Assembly: GCA_002269645.1 (NCBI GenBank)
Contig: NIVC01004879.1
Span: forward strand, 1 to 32,518
Length of the DNA: 32,518 nt
Origin: Macrostomum lignano
Taxonomy: Eukaryota
Direction of reading: 5' to 3'
This document shows, one piece after another, positions 23,383 through 32,518 of this stretch (position 1 is the first letter of the stretch; every line of letters starts with the position of its first letter). The notes beneath the pieces are model-generated. The model was not told the DNA's origin. It searched no databases and was given only the letters and a program-made list of their open reading frames with translations. The translations under genes were made by a program, and so were the position numbers.

Positions 23383-24012
23383 TCTACCTATATATATATA
23401 TATATATATATGTCTGTCCATCTATTTCGCTCTAGAGCGTGCCATTCTTGATCAATTTTGATAGCGTTTTTTCTAAACTATTGCAGATTTTGCACTGATT
23501 ATACAGTGGTCAAAATTTCTTAAATCTGCTCAAATTCTAAGGGTGTTAAACATTCGAAAATAGAGTTTCTATAATTATTTTAATGATCTGTCAAACAAGG
23601 TCAGATTCCAATTGAATTTATTCCCTTTGTCGAAACTATTCAGTCGAAACTACTCAGTCGAAACTATTGAGTTCACACTATTCAGTCAAAACTACTCAGT
23701 CAAGATTATTAAGTCTAAACTATTCAGTTGTAACTATTCAGTTGAAATTATTCTGTCTGTCAAAACTATTCAGGCGAAACTATTCAATCTAAACTATTGA
23801 GTGTGAACTATTGATTTGAGCTGCGTCAGTTAAGAGTTTGAAAAATTCACATTTTTAGACATCTGAAAAACACTTTTTTACAGAATTACCTGTGAACTAT
23901 TCAGTGTGAGTTATAGTGTGAACAATTGAGATTTATTGTTTGGTAAATAAATTGTGTAGTGCAGGAACTTTTTAGTTTGTCTGTTGCCCAAATGGGCAGC
24001 CAAGAATGCTAG
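23383..24012 (+). mobile_element. Non-autonomous canonical Helitron (630 bp) nested in RepHel intron 1
   Basis: 5' end A|TCTACC(TA)11TGTCTGTCC. 3' hairpin GTTGCCCA-AA-TGGGCAGC (23983-24000), then 8 nt, then CTAG|T. It is inserted in an AT dinucleotide with no target-site duplication. Removing it leaves a 149-nt intron. Confidence 0.7.
23628..23812 (+). repeat. Degenerate ~14-bp minisatellite (CGAAACTATTCAGT)n inside the nested Helitron
   Basis: About 13 diverged units with a recurring AACTATT core, plus about two more units after 23891. Confidence 0.85.
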
Positions 24013-24126
24013 TAAAAGCTGGTTTCCTAAGGTGTGAATATTAATAATAAAGGTAGGATTGCTTTGAAACTATTCCTGAAAGTAGCACCTATCACCTGCA
24101 AGTTGCAACAAATGTACAAAACTTAC

Positions 24127-24205
24127 TATTGGCAGCAACAGAAGAAGCACTTGTATCCTTGTTAATGCTAGTGTTGTCCTTGATGCTGTTTTTGTCGTTG
24201 CCCAT
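24127..24205 (-). CDS. RepHel putative coding exon 1 (MGNDKNSIKDNTSINKDTSASSVAAN)
   Basis: ATG at 24205. The donor A|GTAAGT at 24126 is phase 1, matching exon 2. The three exons total 79+372+6029 = 6480 nt, i.e. 2159 aa plus stop. Confidence 0.6.
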
Positions 24206-25699
24206 CCTGTCTAAATAAACATGTTAGTAAATATTTCAGAATGATAAAGAAACTAATTAGCTAAACACAGAAAACATGCTACTCTTTACCAAGTTAACTC
24301 AACTCTTTTCTGGTGGCAAATTTAGTTAAACTACGAACACTAGCACTGCTACTGGATTGTGGATTAATATGCTGCAGCATAATATACTGGCATATAGGCG
24401 GTGTGTGCCATGTAGTTTTTGTGCTTTCAACATTTTTTCTTGGATTTAGTGCATATTTTCTAGAGTTTTTTCAGGCATATTCCATGTTTTTGTACATGCT
24501 TCTAGGAATTCTATATCAGCAAAAAAACATCCCTTGGTAAAAATTCACCATAAACTAAGTGTCTAGCACTTTCAAGCATTGCTTGATATAAGGAGCATTG
24601 GCATGTATATATTGTCTAGCAAAAATGCTAAATTTATAATAAATTGAGCAGAATTTATAAAAAGTGTCCACAAACTTCTACCATTAAGCAGAGTACTACA
24701 GATATTTGTACTATGCTAAACATATGAAGAAATAAAAAGAATACTTACTTCAAAACTAAAGTCTTAAGTCAAAATTATGCAAACAAAAGGAAAATTCAAG
24801 TTAAATTTGACTGATAACTACAAAATAAAATGTGAAAGGATGAGTACTTTTAAAAGATATATGTAAATATGACTATAATTTATAAAAATATGGAGCAAAA
24901 AGCAAAGCAGAGAAAAAAAACGTAAATATTTGGCAGAATACAATTAATTAGCTATAAAATAATATTAAAGTACTATACTTCAGTTATATTTCAAATAAAA
25001 TTTGAAGCTTACACTTACAGTGTAAAACTGATAACAATTGAATATATTACAATTAAAACTTGTACTTGTAGAATATAATATATTGTACAATAATTATATA
25101 TAATGTAGTAGGATACGAATAAATAGCGTAACAAAACCGAATATTATAGCTACAGATTGAAGCTTGAAAATATTTCAGATTTAGATAGCGTTTGCTTAGA
25201 TAAGTTGCTTTGAAAATTTGGGGTCAAATTTGTCCTACAGCAATAAACTACTGTTAACATAACCGATTTAAATTTAAATTTTTGTAGAAATTATAAGGAA
25301 CAGAACGACTGAAATGTACAGTTTAATTATTTCAAAATTAAATAATTTCGAATTCTATTTTACCTTATTGCTTTCTTCAATTAAATTTTGTTATACAATT
25401 TATAAAATGCCTATTTTCAAAATATACCTCAAAAAGTAAGTTCAACAGCTTTAAAAATGCGCACGTTTTTACACTTCACGGCTCCAAAAAGTCACCATAG
25501 AAGATTTTTGCAGGACGCAAGACTTTTTACGTTACAAAATAGCACTTTTATGTGCATTTTTTATTCAGTTTCAAAAGGCTTTTTAGTTACCTATTTGGTA
25601 TTTTTTGTTTTAAAGATTTTTGCGAAATCAGGTCATTTTAACTTGTTACGAAACTGTGGACCCACACTTTTACGCAACGCAATGCGCATGATGTCATCT

Positions 25700-26757
25700 T
25701 AAAGCACTTGCTAAATGCTATTTATTGACACTACACTGAAGGCCTGGCGTAGGATAGTTAATAAATGGCAGCGTGAAATATAGCAAAAAAACGCATAGTA
25801 CCGGAACCTCGTAATTCGGTAAAATGTTAATAGCGTCAAAATACGAATTTTCGCACACTAACGAAGATGGCAGTCATCTGTACGTGTTTACTGGGCACAA
25901 TAGTGCTCTTGGAAGCTAAGAACCTCATAGCGAAAATTAATATATTTTCCGCCCTATGTAGTGCTCAAATGGGTTGTTTTTGCACAAAATCACGTTTTTC
26001 GATTTTGAGAGTCAATTAAAAATTTTTTTTGCAACTGACAGACGTGAATGTCACTTTTTCTGAGAGTATTCATCTAGATGTTTCTAATAAGTACTAATAT
26101 GGGTCATTCTTATGCTTCACCTATCCTTAGTATAGGTACAAAGTCATTATTTCATTTCCAGCAAGTCACGTGACCTGGCCTGAGGTGTACAACGCATCGT
26201 GCAATGCCAGCGAACATACACTCAAATTAAAGCACTTTTTAAATGCTAACTATTGACACCACACTGAAGGCCTGGCGTAGCATCGTTAATAAATGGCAGC
26301 GTGAAATATAGCAAAAAAACGCATAACACCGGAACCTCGTAATTCGGTAAATGTTATTAGCGTAAAAATACGAATTTTCGCACACTAACGAAGATAGCAG
26401 TCATCTGTACGTGTTTACTGGGCACAATAGTGCTCTTGGAAGCTAAGAACCTCATAGCGAAAATCAATAAATTTTTCACCCTATGTGTGCTCATATAGGT
26501 TGTTTTTGCACAAAATCACGTTTTTCGATTTTAAAAGTCAATTATAACAAAATTTTGCAACTGACAGACGTGAATATCATTTTTTCTGACAGTAGTCATC
26601 TAGGTGTTTCTAATAAGTACAAATTTTGGTTCATTCTTACGCTTCACCTATCCTTAGTATAGGTACAAAGTCATTATTTCATTTCCAGCAAGTCACGTGA
26701 CCTGACCTGAGGTGTACAACGCATCGTGCAATGACAGCGAACATACATTCAAATTAA
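25700..26757 (+). repeat. Two tandem copies of a ~528-bp unit
   Basis: CTGAAGGCCTGGCGTAG recurs at an offset of 528 (GGCCTGG at 25741 and 26269). The copies are highly similar with scattered substitutions. The same pair occurs again at ~30427-31485. Confidence 0.93.
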
Positions 26758-27390
26758 AGTACATCTAAAATGTAGTTCAATGACACCAAGCGCGTCGCGC
26801 TCCGGTAATCCGCTCAAAAGTTACAGGCTAAAAAGTATGTTCGATATGCAAGCCCCCCGTACCGTCGTTAAAGTACATTTCTGTACCGGCAGCGACTTCA
26901 ATAAACTAAGACGACTTTCAAAATATACATATTGTGCGCAATTTAGTTGTGCACCTTGCCTAAAAAGTCTGATTTTCCTAGCATGTCGTCGTTTCTTATT
27001 TTTTGTACATTTGTATCATGAAAAATACATAAAAATAGCCTAAATCACGTTTTCGACTTTAGTATGGCTCAGAGTCAGTGCAACGAAACATGAAAAATAC
27101 ATAAAAATAGCCTAAATCACGTTTATCGACTTTAGCAGTGTATGGCTCAGAGTCAATATGCAAATTAACAGGGCTCAAAATGTATTATGAAACATGTAGA
27201 TCTTACCTCCCAAATGACCGACGCATCACTTTTTAGAGTCTCGCAACAAGGTTGAATTTCCTTTATTTCGGTTCGAATACCTTACCCGTCGAATATTCGA
27301 ATGTAATTAACAGGTGCGAAAATGTACAGTTAAAGTGAGTATCTTTGGTTAAAGTCGTTTGCGTCATGTATTGAGTCCCAGGTGCCATTG

Positions 27391-28932
27391 TTACGAATGA
27401 CGCAGCTCAAAGGTCGCGCGAACGCGACACGAAGAAAAAGGAACCCATACAGGTTGGACTTGTACAGCAGCAGTTACATGACCTTCGGCAAAATCCATTG
27501 CAGTAGCACCTGTTTCATCTGTAAAAGAATACAACTCTTAAACAGTGAGGTATGATAATTTTAAGGAATTGAGCATTAATTGTATTTTGCACAAGTCGTA
27601 AACACTAAAATCTAATTTTCAATATTCGCAAGCAAAGTCAGATGTAAGAAAGAAAATTAACTTGTACTATGCATAGAAATTCAATAAAAAATAAAACTCT
27701 CACCAGCACTCAAGTAGCCTATAAGTTGCTCATTGTAAGCAGCACCAGAATTGGGCACTTCAGCATCACCTTCGACCACGGGGTATTCCGAAGCAGCCAG
27801 AGCGTCGGCCAGAGCAGCATCATGTTCAGCTAGCAGGGCAGCCAGACCAGCCTCGTCCAGCTTAATCACAGACTCAGTTTTAGCAGCAGCATCAGCAGAA
27901 GCACCAGCTTTAGTCCCAGCAGCGGCAATAGAAGAGGCAGCAGCAGCTTCCGGTTGTACATCTGGCTCTTGAATCTGTTCTTCGCCAGCAGTTAAATCAC
28001 CGACAGCAGCAACTTTAATATTATTCTTGGAGCGGCTCCAGTTTTTCTTCTTCGGCCGTCCGCACTTTTTCGCACCTGTTTAAAGTCACAGTAAAAAAGA
28101 AATTTATAAATCTACCTATATATATATATATATATATATGTCTGTCCATCTATTTCGCTCTAGAGCGTGCCATTCTTGATCAATTTTGATAGCGTTTTTT
28201 CTAAACTATTGCAGATTTTGCACTGATTATACAGTGGTCAAAATTTCTTAAATCTGCTCAAATTCTAAGGGTGTTAAACATTCGAAAATAGAGTTTCTAT
28301 AATTATTTTAATGATCTGTCAAACAAGGTCAGATTCCAATTGAATTTATTCCCTTTGTCAAACTATTCAGTCGAAACTACTCAGTCGAAACTATTGAGTT
28401 CACACTATTCAGTCAAAACTACTCAGTCAAGATTATTAAGTCTAAACTATTCAGTTGTAACTATTCAGTTGAAATTATTCTGTCTGTCAAAACTATTCAG
28501 GCGAAACTATTCAATCTAAACTATTGAGTGTGAACTATTGATTTGAGCTGCGTCAGTTAAGAGTTTGAAAAATTCACATTTTTAGACATCTGAAAAACAC
28601 TTTTTTACAGAATTACCTGTGAACTATTCAGTGTGAGTTATAGTGTGAACAATTGAGATTTATTGTTTGGTAAATAAATTGTGTAGTGCAGGAACTTTTT
28701 AGTTTGTCTGTTGCCCAAATGGGCAGCCAAGAATGCTAGTAAAAGCTGGTTTCCTAAGGTGTGAATATTAATAATAAAGGTAGGATTGCTTTGAAACTAT
28801 TCCTGAAAGTAGCACCTATCACCTGCAAGTTGCAACAAATGTACAAAACTTACTATTGGCAGCAACAGAAGAAGCACTTGTATCCTTGTTAATGCTAGTG
28901 TTGTCCTTGATGCTGTTTTTGTCGTTGCCCAT
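27391..28932 (-). pseudogene. Duplicated, 3'-truncated RepHel (exons 28932-28854, 28075-27704, 27518-27391); 192-aa product if expressed
   Basis: Same splice sites as copy 1. After ..FSSCRV the frame reads into the hairpin arm (RATFELRHS) and stops at TAA 27393-27391. Confidence 0.65.
28111..28739 (+). mobile_element. Second copy of the nested non-autonomous Helitron (part of the duplication)
   Basis: Same A|TC start, hairpin and CTAG|T end as 23383-24012. Confidence 0.7.
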
Positions 28933-31900
28933 CCTGTCTAAATAAACATGTTAGTAAATATTTCAGAATGATAAAGAAACTAATTAGCTAAACACAGAAA
29001 ACATGCTACTCTTTACCAAGTTAACTCAACTCTTTTCTGGTGGCAAATTTAGTTAAACTACGAACACTAGCACTGCTACTGGATTGTGGATTAATATGCT
29101 GCAGCATAATATACTGGCATATAGGCGGTGTGTGCCATGTAGTTTTTGTGCTTTCAACATTTTTTCTTGGATTTAGTGCATATTTTCTAGAGTTTTTTCA
29201 GGCATATTCCATGTTTTTGTACATGCTTCTAGGAATTCTATATCAGCAAAAAAACATCCCTTGGTAAAAATTCACCATAAACTAAGTGTCTAGCACTTTC
29301 AAGCATTGCTTGATATAAGGAGCATTGGCATGTATATATTGTCTAGCAAAAATGCTAAATTTATAATAAATTGAGCAGAATTTATAAAAAGTGTCCACAA
29401 ACTTCTACCATTAAGCAGAGTACTACAGATATTTGTACTATGCTAAACATATGAAGAAATAAAAAGAATACTTACTTCAAAACTAAAGTCTTAAGTCAAA
29501 ATTATGCAAACAAAAGGAAAATTCAAGTTAAATTTGACTGATAACTACAAAATAAAATGTGAAAGGATGAGTACTTTTAAAAGATATATGTAAATATGAC
29601 TATAATTTATAAAAATATGGAGCAAAAAGCAAAGCAGAGAAAAAAAACGTAAATATTTGGCAGAATACAATTAATTAGCTATAAAATAATATTAAAGTAC
29701 TATACTTCAGTTATATTTCAAATAAAATTTGAAGCTTACACTTACAGTGTAAAACTGATAACAATTGAATATATTACAATTAAAACTTGTACTTGTAGAA
29801 TATAATATATTGTACAATAATTATATATAATGTAGTAGGATACGAATAAATAGCGTAACAAAACCGAATATTATAGCTACAGATTGAAGCTTGAAAATAT
29901 TTCAGATTTAGATAGCGTTTGCTTAGATAAGTTGCTTTGAAAATTTGGGGTCAAATTTGTCCTACAGCAATAAACTACTGTTAACATAACCGATTTAAAT
30001 TTAAATTTTTGTAGAAATTATAAGGAACAGAACGACTGAAATGTACAGTTTAATTATTTCAAAATTAAATAATTTCGAATTCTATTTTACCTTATTGCTT
30101 TCTTCAATTAAATTTTGTTATACAATTTATAAAATGCCTATTTTCAAAATATACCTCAAAAAGTAAGTTCAACAGCTTTAAAAATGCGCACGTTTTTACA
30201 CTTCACGGCTCCAAAAAGTCACCATAGAAGATTTTTGCAGGACGCAAGACTTTTTACGTTACAAAATAGCACTTTTATGTGCATTTTTTATTCAGTTTCA
30301 AAAGGCTTTTTAGTTACCTATTTGGTATTTTTTGTTTTAAAGATTTTTGCGAAATCAGGTCATTTTAACTTGTTACGAAACTGTGGACCCACACTTTTAC
30401 GCAACGCAATGCGCATGATGTCATCTTAAAGCACTTGCTAAATGCTATTTATTGACACTACACTGAAGGCCTGGCGTAGGATAGTTAATAAATGGCAGCG
30501 TGAAATATAGCAAAAAAACGCATAGTACCGGAACCTCGTAATTCGGTAAAATGTTAATAGCGTCAAAATACGAATTTTCGCACACTAACGAAGATGGCAG
30601 TCATCTGTACGTGTTTACTGGGCACAATAGTGCTCTTGGAAGCTAAGAACCTCATAGCGAAAATTAATATATTTTCCGCCCTATGTAGTGCTCAAATGGG
30701 TTGTTTTTGCACAAAATCACGTTTTTCGATTTTGAGAGTCAATTAAAAATTTTTTTTGCAACTGACAGACGTGAATGTCACTTTTTCTGAGAGTATTCAT
30801 CTAGATGTTTCTAATAAGTACTAATATGGGTCATTCTTATGCTTCACCTATCCTTAGTATAGGTACAAAGTCATTATTTCATTTCCAGCAAGTCACGTGA
30901 CCTGGCCTGAGGTGTACAACGCATCGTGCAATGCCAGCGAACATACACTCAAATTAAAGCACTTTTTAAATGCTAACTATTGACACCACACTGAAGGCCT
31001 GGCGTAGCATCGTTAATAAATGGCAGCGTGAAATATAGCAAAAAAACGCATAACACCGGAACCTCGTAATTCGGTAAATGTTATTAGCGTAAAAATACGA
31101 ATTTTCGCACACTAACGAAGATAGCAGTCATCTGTACGTGTTTACTGGGCACAATAGTGCTCTTGGAAGCTAAGAACCTCATAGCGAAAATCAATAAATT
31201 TTTCACCCTATGTGTGCTCATATAGGTTGTTTTTGCACAAAATCACGTTTTTCGATTTTAAAAGTCAATTATAACAAAATTTTGCAACTGACAGACGTGA
31301 ATATCATTTTTTCTGACAGTAGTCATCTAGGTGTTTCTAATAAGTACAAATTTTGGTTCATTCTTACGCTTCACCTATCCTTAGTATAGGTACAAAGTCA
31401 TTATTTCATTTCCAGCAAGTCACGTGACCTGACCTGAGGTGTACAACGCATCGTGCAATGACAGCGAACATACATTCAAATTAAAGTACATCTAAAATGT
31501 AGTTCAATGACACCAAGCGCGTCGCGCTCCGGTAATCCGCTCAAAAGTTACAGGCTAAAAAGTATGTTCGATATGCAAGCCCCCCGTACCGTCGTTAAAG
31601 TACATTTCTGTACCGGCAGCGACTTCAATAAACTAAGACGAAATTTCAAAATATACATATTGTGCGCAATTTAGTTGTGCACCTTGCCTAAAAAGTCTGA
31701 TTTTCCTAGCATGTCGTCGTTTCTTATTTTTTGTACATTTGTATCATGAAAAATACATAAAAATAGCCTAAATCACGTTTATCGACTTTAGCAGTGTATG
31801 GCTCAGAGTCAGTGCAACGAAACGGCTCAAAATGTATTATAAACATGTAGATCTTACCTAAATGACCGCATTCATGTACTTTTTAGAGTCTCGCAACAAG

Positions 31901-32039
31901 GTTGAATTTCCTTTATTTCGGTTCGAATACCTACCCGTCGAATATTCGAATGTAATTAACAGGTGCGAATGTACAGTTAAAGTGAGTATCTTGGTTAAAG
32001 TCGTGCGTCATGTAAGAGTCCCAGGTGCCATTGTTAGAA

Positions 32040-32087
32040 TGACGCAGCTCAAAGGTCGCGCTGACGCGCGACCTTTGAGCTGCGTCA
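32040..32087. other. Perfect 22-bp inverted repeat with a 4-nt loop
   Basis: TGACGCAGCTCAAAGGTCGCGC-TGAC-GCGCGACCTTTGAGCTGCGTCA. Confidence 0.95.
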
Positions 32088-32306
32088 GTTGAAAGTTGAT
32101 AAAAATGCGCATTTTTTGACACTTAAAAAACACACTTTTACAGAATTACCTATCAAGGTAAGCATTTAGCGGAAAATAACCAATCAGTGTCTTGAAGGTC
32201 TGAAAATTCGCCAAAAGTTGGGTTCAATCAATTTTTGACTCCATATTGTGAATCCTTATTTTTTGAGATTCAAGATTTGGACGGGTCTAAAAAAAGTCAC
32301 TTTTTT

Positions 32307-32320
32307 GTTGCCATGGCAAC
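32307..32320. promoter_or_regulatory. Perfect RFX X-box palindrome GTTGCCATGGCAAC
   Basis: Exact match to the GTTGCC-AT-GGCAAC consensus, with a second near-match GTTGCTATGGAAC at 32329-32341. Function is unproven. Confidence 0.35.
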
Positions 32321-32518
32321 CAAGACGCGTTGCTATGGAACTTTCACGTCACACATCTTGTAGCCCTAAATGTTTTACGTCCATAGAGGGGTCACACATG
32401 GTTTCATCTCAAGTGGTTTTAACTCTGCATCAATTTTATTTTCTAAAACGTTGATTTTACGTTGGGGGAGTCTCCGGGACATCTTATCTCGGTCTCGTTT
32501 GTCCGAAAAAATTGCCAA

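Larger units (their letters stand above)
16762..24210 (-). mobile_element. Autonomous Helentron/Helitron2-like rolling-circle transposon (coding core; termini not defined)
   Basis: Rep and PIF1 fusion with RGSPH (Ser, Helentron-type) in motif 2. The element probably extends left through the 15-mer satellite and right towards the 32040-32087 hairpin, but matching subterminal inverted repeats were not found. Confidence 0.88.
22693..32061. repeat. Direct tandem duplication of ~4.73 kb (22693-27420 and 27421-32061)
   Basis: AACGCGACACGAAG starts at both 22693 and 27421. Identical ORFs occur at offsets of 4728/4727, with a 1-bp indel near 28360. The copies look near-identical until about 26900/31630 and differ by many small indels afterwards. 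Confidence 0.95.

Noticed and set aside
24313-25702. ORFs 24313..24540(+) and 25457..25702(+), and their duplicates
   Set aside because: Short, AT-rich and without domains. Their identity between copies reflects the duplication, not selection.

Overview
Repeat-rich eukaryotic (invertebrate-like) genomic DNA. (1) 740-1632 (-) is the last coding exon of a LIN-29/rotund-type C2H2 zinc-finger gene. It has a 1-bp frameshift that is probably a sequence error and a triloop hairpin in its 3' UTR. (2) 1.8-16.7 kb holds five tandem arrays (two related 20-mers, a 14-mer, an 18-mer and a 5-kb 15-mer satellite with higher-order structure) plus a probable tRNA-derived SINE. (3) An intact Helentron/Helitron2-type rolling-circle transposon gene lies on the - strand (OTU protease, Zn motif, HUH Rep, PIF1 helicase, no endonuclease). 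It appears to be spliced from three coding exons (about 2159 aa, with an AT-hook-like N-terminus), and its stop codon abuts the 15-mer satellite. (4) A 630-bp canonical non-autonomous Helitron sits antisense in its first intron. (5) The element's 5' region is tandemly duplicated (about 4.73 kb). The junction joins half of a perfect 22-bp hairpin to the ORF through a 6-bp microhomology and would encode a 192-aa truncated product. This duplication may be real or an assembly artefact. No database searches were possible, so family assignments rest on motif recognition.
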